A stretch of DNA of 60,110 nt. Origin: Bacteroidota bacterium. Lineage in GTDB: Bacteria; Bacteroidota; Bacteroidia; UKL13-3. A program made the translations under genes and the position numbers. Location: assembly GCA_034439655.1 (NCBI GenBank), contig JAWXAU010000163.1, positions 1 through 60,110 on the forward strand. Direction: 5' to 3'. Below are positions 29,046 to 38,513 of the stretch, in pieces (position 1 is the stretch's first letter; the number at the start of each line of letters is the position of its first letter). Below the pieces are notes generated by a model, which did not search any database, was not told the DNA's origin, and was given only the letters and a program-made list of their open reading frames with translations.

Positions 29046-29954
29046 TTATAATTTTTCAGCAATTCTTAGTTTTGCACTGCGTGAACGCGGGTTCCTATCT
29101 ATTTCCTCTTCCGATGGTGAAACGGCTTTCGATAAGGCTTTCAAAGGATTGCTACTATTACCGTATAAATCTTTTTTTATATGTCCTTCTATATTACCAC
29201 TTGCAATAAAATTCTTCACCAACCTATCTTCTAAACTGTGATAACTCATTACTACCAATCGACCACCTTTGGCCAAAGAATCTGTGGTATCATATAAAAA
29301 TTTTCCCAATACTTCAAGTTCCTTGTTCACTTCCATTCGGACTGCCTGGAATACTTGACTCAAAAAAGTATATTTATCTTTGAAAGGCGTAACTCTCTCA
29401 ATTGCCGATAAAAAATCATTGATAGTTTCTATACTTTTATGTTCTCTAGCATCAATAATAGTCTTAGCTATTTTCCTACTATTTTTTAATTCGCCATACG
29501 ATTTAAATATATATATAAGTTGTTCCTCACTATATTTATTTAAAACATCTCTGGCATCGGGAGTCGATTGTTGATCCATTCGCATATCCAATACTGCATC
29601 ACTTCTATAACTAAAGCCCCGCGATCCTTCATCAAATTGATAACTCGACACACCCAGGTCGGCCAATATTCCATCGGCAGCTTTTATATGGTGATACTTT
29701 AAAAAGTTTTTGAGGAACCTGAAATTATGGTTCACCCAAATAAAACGAGAATCATTAGGCAAATTAGCCCGAACATCATCGTCTTGGTCGAAACCTATAA
29801 GTTTACCTTTAGGCCCTAGTTTTTCGAGTATTGCTCTGGAATGACCACCCCCACCAAAAGTTACGTCCACATATACACCATTGGGCTTGATGTTCAACGC
29901 TTCAATGCATTCATGCAGCATTACGGGCGTATGATATGTGGCGGCAATGCTCAA
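29046..29954 (-). CDS. rsmH: 16S rRNA m4C1402 methyltransferase
   Basis: YHTPVML, DVTFGGGGHS, DLGVSS, FQAVRMEVN, SYHSLEDR, NPRSRSAKLR. Confidence 0.98.
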   Translation of the reverse strand: MSIAATYHTPVMLHECIEALNIKPNGVYVDVTFGGGGHSRAILEKLGPKGKLIGFDQDDDVRANLPNDSRFIWVNHNFRFLKNFLKYHHIKAADGILADLGVSSYQFDEGSRGFSYRSDAVLDMRMDQQSTPDARDVLNKYSEEQLIYIFKSYGELKNSRKIAKTIIDAREHKSIETINDFLSAIERVTPFKDKYTFLSQVFQAVRMEVNKELEVLGKFLYDTTDSLAKGGRLVVMSYHSLEDRLVKNFIASGNIEGHIKKDLYGNSSNPLKALSKAVSPSEEEIDRNPRSRSAKLRIAEKL

Positions 29955-30418
29955 CTTTCAGGTTCTTTATTACCTTTTTTGGGCATCACCTCTTCGGCAA
30001 GGGAGCTAAAGTCGTCGGAACTCATGTTGAGCTCTTCGTTATAAACTTTCTCACTCCAGATTTCAATACGGTTACTGTATGCAAACAGAACCACATCATT
30101 ATGTATTTCAGCATATTCTAATAATTTTTTAGGTATTAATATTCTATCATTTCCATCAACTGGAACTTCATTGGCTCCATTGTTAAACAACCTGATAAAC
30201 TGCCTATCACGGCGATTGAAAAGATTCAAATCATTGAGCTTATCTGTCTCTGCTTCCCACGCTTGTTTGGTAAACAATACCAAGCACTTGTCGAAGCCGC
30301 GGTTAATGATTAAACCATCCTGAGCCTCGGGAGGTAGCTGCTTTTTGAGGCGTGCAGGAATTATCAGCCTGCCTTTGCCGTCCAGCTTACATTCGAATTC
30401 TCCGATGAACTTAGTCAT
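29951..30418 (-). CDS. mraZ: Transcriptional regulator MraZ
   Basis: GEFECKLDGKGRL, RGFDKCL, DRILIP, IEIW. Confidence 0.97.
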   Translation of the reverse strand: MTKFIGEFECKLDGKGRLIIPARLKKQLPPEAQDGLIINRGFDKCLVLFTKQAWEAETDKLNDLNLFNRRDRQFIRLFNNGANEVPVDGNDRILIPKKLLEYAEIHNDVVLFAYSNRIEIWSEKVYNEELNMSSDDFSSLAEEVMPKKGNKEPES

Positions 30419-30442
30419 TACCAGTGTTTTAAATTAACGCAA

Positions 30443-30573
30443 CGAAGGTAAAACATTTTCCTCCACAAAAAACCACTAAAATCATTTTGTGGAAAAGTTT
30501 CAATCCTTTTTTTATCACAAATATAGCATATTTCTTTGTTTTACAATAATTTAAATATGGTGGAGTTATGTGG
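30443..30573. promoter_or_regulatory. dcw promoter region with 10-bp-spaced GTGG (MraZ-type) boxes and a DnaA-consensus box
   Basis: -7-like TACCTTCG at 30443-30450 (minus); CCAC at 30463 and 30473; TTTTCCACA at 30489-30497 (minus); GTGG at 30560 and 30570. Confidence 0.6.
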
Positions 30574-30687
30574 GGGAACATTAAAAAAATATTCCTAATT
30601 CAAGGCACAGAATGAATGCTATATTTTTTTTAAACTGTTATTTGTGCAAATGGCTTTTGTGGTGTTGGTTTGAACAAAATTTAAAAC

Positions 30688-31410
30688 ATGAAAAAACAGA
30701 TTATTTATTCAATGACTTTGGCAACAATAATGTTTGCCACAAGCTGCAAAGACAGCAGCTCCGACGGATTACCCTCTCAAATGGAAATTCACAAAAAAGT
30801 TTACAAGGCATCAACTGATATTGGAGATTTGAACACTGCCATCAATTCTTTACGCTATATAATAGCGATGGACTCAGCCAATCAAAATTTATTGGACACC
30901 TTAGCAAATCTATATTTGTCAGTAGGACAGGTTCACCAAGCTGTTAAAGTTTGCGACCAATTTGCAGCCAAATACCCACTAACCGAAAAAGTAATGGAAA
31001 CAAAACAATTGAGCTTCGAAAAACTAGGTATGCTCGACTCAGCTTATGCAATGGCTGACAAACTATTCCTAAAAACCGAAAAGCTTAAATATATATATCG
31101 ACAAGGATATTATAAATTACAGATGGGCGATCTAAAAGGATTTGAATATCTGCAAAGAGTAATCGACATCAAAGGCCCAATTAAAGACAGCACAGAAATG
31201 ATGTTTGAACGTGTTGCCCAAATGATACCTATTAAAGCCGCCGCATATTTTGTAAAGGGTACTACGCTAACCCAGCTTCGCAAACATGCTGAAGCCAAAG
31301 AAAATTTGAAATTGGCTATTAAGGAATACCCTGAATTTGAATATGCGAATAGGTTATTACAAAACTACGATCAATATGTTCGTGAGATGGAATCACAAAT
31401 GAGACGATGA
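30688..31410 (+). CDS. TPR-like lipoprotein
   Basis: Lipobox FATSC followed by TPR-like helical repeats. Confidence 0.8.
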   Translation: MKKQIIYSMTLATIMFATSCKDSSSDGLPSQMEIHKKVYKASTDIGDLNTAINSLRYIIAMDSANQNLLDTLANLYLSVGQVHQAVKVCDQFAAKYPLTEKVMETKQLSFEKLGMLDSAYAMADKLFLKTEKLKYIYRQGYYKLQMGDLKGFEYLQRVIDIKGPIKDSTEMMFERVAQMIPIKAAAYFVKGTTLTQLRKHAEAKENLKLAIKEYPEFEYANRLLQNYDQYVREMESQMRR

Positions 31411-32768
31411 AAGTTTTTGCAAAAAAAATACTGATCGGCAATATCATTATTGCTTCTATCTTGGCAGTACTTGGATTTCTGGGATACTGCAGTATAGACG
31501 TAGATTCATCGGTATATATGATATTGCGATGGGCATTGGTGGTCTGTATTATATTATATGCTTTTAGCAGCAAAAAGCTAACTGCATGGATAGTTGCCGC
31601 TATGGTTGCAGGTATAGTCTGCGGTTACGACTTTCAGCAAAATGAATTTGTGATTGCCCTCGAAAAATTGAGCAAAATATTTGTCCGCCTCATCAAGACT
31701 ATTATAGCTCCACTTATATTTTCCACGCTTGTGGTTGGCATTGCAGGGCATTCCAATTTGAAACAAGTGGGCCGTATGGGGCTAAAAGCCATTATATATT
31801 TTGAGATTGTAACAACCTTAGCTTTATTTATCGGGCTGGCTGCTATCAACTTCACACAAGCTGGTGTGGGCGTGCATGTGCAGGCAAATGAGAAAGTAGT
31901 AAAAAAAGCTACGGATATCATTAACAATAAAAAAGAAGCCGACCACCTTTTAGAAGTTTTCCCAGAAAATATTGCTTTAGCAGTTGCCGAAAATAAGATA
32001 TTACAAGTAGTAATTTTCAGTCTTTTGTTTGCAATGGGATTAGCTTTGGTAAAAAACAGTTCCAAACAAATTATGTTGAATGGCTGCCAAGCTTTGGCCG
32101 ATGTAATGTTTAAAGTAACAGATATTGTAATGTTGGTTGCTCCCTTAGCTGTTTTCGGGGCTCTAGCCTCCACCGTTTCTAAAAATGGTGTTGGGGTATT
32201 GATGGATTTGGCCAAACTCGTAGGCACTTTATATGGTGCTTTGGTTGTATTTGTAATACTCGTTTTCATTCCAATTCTATTATTAGTAAAAGCAAATCTC
32301 AAAAAGTTTTGGCTGGCATTGCGTGAACCTGTTTCATTGGCTTTTGCAACAGCAAGCAGCGAAGCGGCTTTACCCAAAGCTATGGAAAACATGCACAAAT
32401 ATGGAATACCACAACATATAGTTTCTTTTGTACTTCCTACAGGTTATAGTTTCAATTTAGATGGCACAACATTATATCTTTCCATGGCGTCTGTCTTTGT
32501 GGCACAGATGTGTGGCGTAGATTTAACCCTAGCACAACAAATAACAATGTGTCTCACCTTGATGCTTACCAGTAAAGGCGTTGCAGGGGTTCGCGGGGCT
32601 TCATTTTTGGTATTGCTTGGCACGGTTACTGCTATGGGATTAGATCAGGAAAAAGCTTTCTTGATTTTGGCAGTCGATGCTTTTATGGACATGGCAAGAA
32701 CTGCTGTAAATGTAACAGGAAACTGTATTGCAACAATTGTCGTAGCTAAATGGGAAAAAGAAATTTAA
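31407..32768 (+). CDS. Dicarboxylate/amino acid:cation symporter (GltP family)
   Basis: AFATASSEAALP, VLPTGYSFNLDGT, DAFMDMARTAVNVTGN. Confidence 0.93.
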   Translation: MKVFAKKILIGNIIIASILAVLGFLGYCSIDVDSSVYMILRWALVVCIILYAFSSKKLTAWIVAAMVAGIVCGYDFQQNEFVIALEKLSKIFVRLIKTIIAPLIFSTLVVGIAGHSNLKQVGRMGLKAIIYFEIVTTLALFIGLAAINFTQAGVGVHVQANEKVVKKATDIINNKKEADHLLEVFPENIALAVAENKILQVVIFSLLFAMGLALVKNSSKQIMLNGCQALADVMFKVTDIVMLVAPLAVFGALASTVSKNGVGVLMDLAKLVGTLYGALVVFVILVFIPILLLVKANLKKFWLALREPVSLAFATASSEAALPKAMENMHKYGIPQHIVSFVLPTGYSFNLDGTTLYLSMASVFVAQMCGVDLTLAQQITMCLTLMLTSKGVAGVRGASFLVLLGTVTAMGLDQEKAFLILAVDAFMDMARTAVNVTGNCIATIVVAKWEKEI

Positions 32769-32770
32769 AT

Positions 32771-34975
32771 ATGAAACTCAAAGTCATTTTATATATTGTC
32801 ATTACCCTCGCTGCAAATAAATTGTTCTCTCAAAGCAGTTATATATTACAAAACAAAGTTCCGTTACCCAAAGAATTCAACCTAAGTGTGGAAGAGCGTT
32901 TGGACAAAGCACGAGAGCATTTAAAAAGTTTAAACATTAAATACAATGATGAGCTACTGAAAGAAGAGATTATCTTGTTTCAAGGATATATTAGAAGTGG
33001 CCAAGTATTGTTCAACGACACCATAAGTTATCATATTGATAAAATTGCCCACAAGTTTTTTGAACGCGACAAGTCCCTTACAAATAATATAAAAATATAC
33101 TTATGTAAAAATGATTATGCAGTCAATTTTTCCGCTCCCGATGGAGTCATTTTTATATCTACTGGGTTTATAGCTCAGTGTATGGATGAGTCGCAACTTG
33201 CCTTTGCTATTGCCAGAGAAATTGCAAAATACCAAGATGGTTATATCCAAAGTTTAGATGTTACCTTGCTAAATAAAGGTGGCGACGTAAAATCCTATAA
33301 TACCTACTTCCATGAGTTTACCGATCAGATTTTGGTAGAAACCGCCAATACCCATGAATATGATAAAACAGCAATGGAACTGACTAAAAATGCAGGTTTC
33401 GATATGGGTGAGGCTTTGTTGTACTTCGACATATTGCACAATGCAGAATTACCTTTTGAATATGTTAAATTTGAGAAATCATTTTTCGAAAGTGCAAATT
33501 TTACTATTCCTGCTGAATTCGATATAGACACCACGATGACCGTAACCCATAGCGAAGAAGTGCAACAGTCAGAATCGCCAATATATGATGACTACGGTAA
33601 ACGTAAAGATGTTTTAGGTTATTATAAAGCAGCTATTAGCCGCAAACATACTATTGATGTTGCAACGTTTAGTTATATGATAAAACTTGCTAAACTGGAA
33701 ACATGTAAGCAAGAATTGCTTCGTAAAGAATATAATGATGCGTTGTATAATTCATACTGTATTATCAAACAAGATTCTGGAAATATTTTAGCTAAAGAAA
33801 TTTTTGTGCAGGCACTTTTTGGGTTTTCTATCAATAAGAACGAAAGTATAGAGCAATACCTCAAAGGGCTTTGGGCAGAAAAAAAATTGGATAAACTTGC
33901 AGAATATGTGTTCAAAAAAGTTGGAATAACCCCTGTAGATACTTGTATAAAAATACTATATAAACTTAAAGCCAACAATCCAAACAATTTGGTGGTATTA
34001 GCTCTTCGTAAGTGTTGGGAATGGGCTGCCCAAAATCCAAAATCAACCTACCTAAATAGTTTTCGCGATTATTTGATGGCATATTTGAGCAGTAATTCAA
34101 ATATGAAAAGTGAGTATTTTGTGTTTTCTAGGAACGACATAAAACCCGATGAGCCTAATAAAGTTGAAGAACCTATAATTAGTAAATATGCTAAAATAAA
34201 GAAACCCAAGGTGCTGGAAAATGCCTACCGAATTATTCCTGACGCATACACACAAACTGCCATGATGGATATAACTTCTGCATTTATTTTCGAACGGGAA
34301 TATAAAAATGCTGTTTCCAATTTTGAATATGTTTTTAGCGACATGGAAACGGAATCCAAAAAGAAAATTAAGAAAAATGATAAAATATTACAGTCTTCTC
34401 TCGATTTCGATTATCTCAATATGCTGAAAAACGAGCAGGACCCCGTAAGAGAGATAATACCCAAAAAGGAAAGAGTAAAAGTAGAAAGCCTCTTTAAGAA
34501 ATATGACAAATTACTTGGTGGCAAAGTTCTGAATATGAGTGTTGAAGAAACAAAACTGTATAATGTACAAATATGGAACGACGAGGTGCTCATCAATGAT
34601 TATATATATGAAATTGGCAACAACTTATTGGGGTACAGAACAAATTATTCAGCTACCCACTTCTATGCTTATCAGTTATCTTTGGCAAAAAAAACTCCCT
34701 ATCTATTTACAGGCAAGTTTACAAAAAAGATATACCATAAAGAATCAAATACCGATGGCGATGATTGCAATAGCTGTAGCATTACTAATTGTTTGATACT
34801 TGTAGATGTATACAATGTAATTGTACCAAGTAAAAAGTTCTTATTTGAATATTATATTATCGATTTCAAAACTGGTCGTAAAATATATCAAAATGCGAAT
34901 GATGACTATATTCCCTATAAAAGCGACATGCTTAAAGCCCATATATATGACATCCTTTATCAATTATCGTATTAA
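32771..34975 (+). CDS. Secreted M48-peptidase-like protein lacking the HExxH histidines
   Basis: NFSAPDGVIFISTGFIAQCMDESQLAFAIAREIAKY aligns to M48 NAF..P.G.I....GL......EAQLAFVLAHEIAH. Confidence 0.7.
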   Translation: MKLKVILYIVITLAANKLFSQSSYILQNKVPLPKEFNLSVEERLDKAREHLKSLNIKYNDELLKEEIILFQGYIRSGQVLFNDTISYHIDKIAHKFFERDKSLTNNIKIYLCKNDYAVNFSAPDGVIFISTGFIAQCMDESQLAFAIAREIAKYQDGYIQSLDVTLLNKGGDVKSYNTYFHEFTDQILVETANTHEYDKTAMELTKNAGFDMGEALLYFDILHNAELPFEYVKFEKSFFESANFTIPAEFDIDTTMTVTHSEEVQQSESPIYDDYGKRKDVLGYYKAAISRKHTIDVATFSYMIKLAKLETCKQELLRKEYNDALYNSYCIIKQDSGNILAKEIFVQALFGFSINKNESIEQYLKGLWAEKKLDKLAEYVFKKVGITPVDTCIKILYKLKANNPNNLVVLALRKCWEWAAQNPKSTYLNSFRDYLMAYLSSNSNMKSEYFVFSRNDIKPDEPNKVEEPIISKYAKIKKPKVLENAYRIIPDAYTQTAMMDITSAFIFEREYKNAVSNFEYVFSDMETESKKKIKKNDKILQSSLDFDYLNMLKNEQDPVREIIPKKERVKVESLFKKYDKLLGGKVLNMSVEETKLYNVQIWNDEVLINDYIYEIGNNLLGYRTNYSATHFYAYQLSLAKKTPYLFTGKFTKKIYHKESNTDGDDCNSCSITNCLILVDVYNVIVPSKKFLFEYYIIDFKTGRKIYQNANDDYIPYKSDMLKAHIYDILYQLSY

Positions 34976-34978
34976 GCT

Positions 34979-35698
34979 ATGAACAGTTTTTTTTATACAA
35001 TTATTTTTCTACTATTCTGCTTAAGCATCACAGCTCAAGTACCCGGATATCTTGGAAAAAAGAATAGTATCGGTATTGGGGCACAATGGTTCCCATCTTA
35101 CAAAAACTACGGATATACCAATACATCTTATACCCCAAAATGGGACAGTTCTTTTACACTAAGTAATTTTAGATATAAATCTGCCTTTAATGCATTTTAC
35201 GAACGTGTAATCGACCGTCATATTTCAATGAATTTTAATTACAACTACCAACGTGGAGGCTATTATTCTCTAGAAGAAAAGGAACTCATCGACAGTGCTG
35301 GGAATATCACTATAACACAATCATTTCAGGGCTATAATGTGGTTCAACATCGATATGAATTGTTATTCAAATTCTTTTTTAGGAACAGTGGGGGACTTGC
35401 TCCTCTTGGCTCATATTTAGGCGTTGGTTTAAATTATAGTATTGTGAAAGGTTGGACTGTGGGCGATGAAGACAGTACCCTGATTAAAAAATCACTAACG
35501 GCAATGTCCCTCACCTGGGGTAAAACCAGAATACTTGGAGATCATATTATAATAGACTATGGAATCCGCTGTACACCATTTTATTTCAATGGGGAGGTAA
35601 ACGTCATCAATCAACCTGTTAGAAATTTGAAACCGGCCTCTTATATGTTTGGCAGGAACATACTCTTTGCTTATATCAATTTTGGAATATTGATATAA
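34979..35698 (+). CDS. Hypothetical outer-membrane beta-barrel protein
   Basis: Signal peptide, QVPGYLGKK start, alternating aromatic strands, terminal INFGILI. Confidence 0.7.
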   Translation: MNSFFYTIIFLLFCLSITAQVPGYLGKKNSIGIGAQWFPSYKNYGYTNTSYTPKWDSSFTLSNFRYKSAFNAFYERVIDRHISMNFNYNYQRGGYYSLEEKELIDSAGNITITQSFQGYNVVQHRYELLFKFFFRNSGGLAPLGSYLGVGLNYSIVKGWTVGDEDSTLIKKSLTAMSLTWGKTRILGDHIIIDYGIRCTPFYFNGEVNVINQPVRNLKPASYMFGRNILFAYINFGILI

Positions 35699-35720
35699 TT
35701 CAAATAGATATACCATCGCA

Positions 35721-36593
35721 TTAATGAACCAAAGAAATACCAACCGAAGTAATATATACATTCGAGCCTTGATTCTTATTCAATAAAGGCATCAACGATG
35801 TTTCCGCCCATATACGAATAAACTTGTAAGCCACTCTAATTGTTGCTTTCACATTAAATGTAGATTGATTTAAACTGCTCCAGCGGTTTATATAATAGTT
35901 GATTCCGTCTTTGCTATACTCCACATTCTGTTTCGAAGCAAAACGCCAACATCCAATTACTCCCATAGCCATTTGAAAAGCATTTTCTGGACTAATTTTA
36001 TGGGGCCCTACTGCAAATCTTACCATTACAGGCACGTTTAATGAATGGTTGATAATCCTATTTTTGGTATACTGCAATAAAGAATCGTACATAGGGGTGA
36101 GCATACTATTGCTCTTGTTAATATGCAACAATACGGATTCATCGCTCAAGCGGATAGCAGAATGTTCATAGCCGATGCCCGACACAAAACTCACGCGTTT
36201 TTTGTCATTTGATGTGATATTTTCAAACAAATTTATTTTCCAATTAAATGATTTCCCTATATCATTATTTAGATATTTCATATCGTTCTTTAAAGTTATT
36301 TGCCCCATAGTTGAGCCTACAAAATTGAATCCCAAATCAAGTCCATCCCATACACTTCTGTACACATGCTTATCGCGTTCCATACTAAAGAAATATTTAT
36401 TTAAAGTATCGAGCAATACACTGCCTTTATTCTCTATTACAATTGTTGTGTCATATATTAATTTTCCATCTTTTGATATCACTACTCTCTTTTTATATAC
36501 TTCCTTCTTGTTATAAGAAGTATCAGCCTGTGCAACCGTTTTATGATATAGGAAAATGCTGCCTAAAATTAGTATTATATTAAAGTATCTCAT
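35721..36593 (-). CDS. Outer-membrane beta-barrel protein in the ECF operon
   Basis: Signal peptide, WDGLDLGFN, LNVPVMVRF, terminal SVGISL. Confidence 0.75.
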   Translation of the reverse strand: MRYFNIILILGSIFLYHKTVAQADTSYNKKEVYKKRVVISKDGKLIYDTTIVIENKGSVLLDTLNKYFFSMERDKHVYRSVWDGLDLGFNFVGSTMGQITLKNDMKYLNNDIGKSFNWKINLFENITSNDKKRVSFVSGIGYEHSAIRLSDESVLLHINKSNSMLTPMYDSLLQYTKNRIINHSLNVPVMVRFAVGPHKISPENAFQMAMGVIGCWRFASKQNVEYSKDGINYYINRWSSLNQSTFNVKATIRVAYKFIRIWAETSLMPLLNKNQGSNVYITSVGISLVH

Positions 36594-36644
36594 CTTGTTT
36601 TATATTATATATTTATACCAATATTTATTTTTACTACTGGTTAT

Positions 36645-37916
36645 TTAAAATCCTCCGAAAAAAACCGTATTACCTATTATCACTGGCTTTCCGTTTATGT
36701 TTTGAGGAATGTTTTTACTCACATTTACTTTGAACTTGGTATTTTTGTTTACCCAACTGCTTGCTCTTTGTGCTACTTGATCCCAATTAACTTTAGCAGC
36801 TCCGTTTCCACTTACTTGCACTATTCTTTGGTCTTGTTCAGCAGGCATTTGTTGGAGTTCTTGCTCTATTAATTTTTGTTTAATTCTATTTTCTAAAGCC
36901 ATATCTTCTTCACTATTGGCAGTATTTTCCAATCTCACCACATTAAAATCAATCGGTTTATTGGTATCGACTGCCACTATGGTATTTGAATTATCATGCA
37001 ACTTATCATTTGCTTTATTAACCAAACTTGCATGGTGCATCAAAGGCTTACGAAGTGAGGTGCTGCTGGCAAAGGTTGCATTTGTAGAATTTGATAATGG
37101 TGTCTCTATCACTATCTGCTCCGACGGTTTTGCCACTTCAATTTGGGCCGTAGAAACTGATAAATTGGCATCCATATTCCCCATATTGTTATAAGCAAAA
37201 TAAATTACCAAACAAGCTGCCACCGCTGCGGACAGGTATGGAACCACTTGGGCATATAAAGGTCTGATTGCTTTAATATAGAGTGTGCGTTTATCTTTAA
37301 AAACTACTTTCTTATCGGGCAATAAATAAGTAAGTTTATATAATTCAAAATCTTTTTGATAAGCGGGATTCGATGATACAAAAGCCAATAAATCTTTTTC
37401 TTGAGCTATAGTAAGTTGGCGTTCGAAATACAATATCATCCATTCATCAGCATTTTTTTTATTGATACCGGCGGTTGTGATGATAGCAATCTTTTTGAGA
37501 ACTTGCTTATGCAGTTTATTTAAAACTATAGTTTCATCGGCTCCTATTTTTGCCAATTTATATAAGTTGCGGTCACGTTTGAATAGTGGATTCTGTTTGA
37601 TAAAATCTGCGAGTTCAATTTTTTCTACCTGTGATAATTCTCCTTCGATTTCTTTGGTTAAGTAAAGTTCAATATTATTTCGTGTGACCCTGCCCATAGG
37701 TTCAGAGCATATTTTTTTGAGCTGGTGTTTGAAATCGTTTCCCATCCCCTGTTCAGGAAAATCAATTCGCTTGCTTTGTCCAAAACTGTCAAACTCTTCT
37801 TTCTGTAGCGGATTAAGTTCCAAAAAAGCAAACAGTTCTTTCTGCTCGCTATGACTTAATATGCCATCATAAAAGTCGACAATGTATATAATATAATTTT
37901 CTAAAGTTATTGTCAT
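36645..37916 (-). CDS. Putative anti-sigma factor with three tandem N-terminal helical repeats and one TM segment
   Basis: Repeats of the form Y.D/E.EL...E..EL..F...NP; TM YLSAAVAACLVIYF; directly downstream of the ECF sigma. Confidence 0.72.
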   Translation of the reverse strand: MTITLENYIIYIVDFYDGILSHSEQKELFAFLELNPLQKEEFDSFGQSKRIDFPEQGMGNDFKHQLKKICSEPMGRVTRNNIELYLTKEIEGELSQVEKIELADFIKQNPLFKRDRNLYKLAKIGADETIVLNKLHKQVLKKIAIITTAGINKKNADEWMILYFERQLTIAQEKDLLAFVSSNPAYQKDFELYKLTYLLPDKKVVFKDKRTLYIKAIRPLYAQVVPYLSAAVAACLVIYFAYNNMGNMDANLSVSTAQIEVAKPSEQIVIETPLSNSTNATFASSTSLRKPLMHHASLVNKANDKLHDNSNTIVAVDTNKPIDFNVVRLENTANSEEDMALENRIKQKLIEQELQQMPAEQDQRIVQVSGNGAAKVNWDQVAQRASSWVNKNTKFKVNVSKNIPQNINGKPVIIGNTVFFGGF

Positions 37917-37931
37917 TCGGGTATATTTATA

Positions 37932-38420
37932 TTATAATAGTTCTTCAAATTTTCCCAATTTTTCTTTCAGTACTTGTCTGCCACGGAATATATATACTTT
38001 TACTTGCGACAGGCTAAGGTTGGTCATCTCGCTTATTTGCTCATAACTATAGCCCTCATAATCCCTGAGTAATATTACAGAACGTTGCACATCGCTCAGT
38101 TCTGATACAGCTTGATCGATAATCTCCTTTACACCTGTGTAATGGCTGGGTGTATGCGTATGGTCGAATTCATTCACCTCGTCCCAATTAGCTTTCTTTT
38201 TTTCACGCCGTATTAAGTCTATCATGGTATGATATGCTGTAGTATATAAATACGATTTGCATTTGTCAAACTCTACAATGTCGTTTTTCAACCACATTTT
38301 TTCAAACGAGTCTTGAACAATGTCCTTTGCTTTATCCTCATCTCTGATGTTTTTAAGGATAAACCGATAGACACCGTCTGAATACAAATCGACACATTTG
38401 TTAAATTCTGTCGCAGTCAT
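37932..38420 (-). CDS. ECF RNA polymerase sigma factor
   Basis: AKDIVQDSFEKMW, VILLRDYEGYSYEQI, VKVYIFRGR. Confidence 0.93.
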   Translation of the reverse strand: MTATEFNKCVDLYSDGVYRFILKNIRDEDKAKDIVQDSFEKMWLKNDIVEFDKCKSYLYTTAYHTMIDLIRREKKKANWDEVNEFDHTHTPSHYTGVKEIIDQAVSELSDVQRSVILLRDYEGYSYEQISEMTNLSLSQVKVYIFRGRQVLKEKLGKFEELL

Positions 38421-38513
38421 TTAGGGTTGGTGATTTTGACTTATGGTACGCCACTAAAATTTCTTTGTTACAAAAATAAAAGATTTTTTTGTGCATTCGG
38501 TTATTTTTGCCCC

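Noticed and set aside
14635-30418. murF, ddl and murB missing from the dcw cluster
   Set aside because: This is the usual Bacteroidota order; murB is present 8 kb away.
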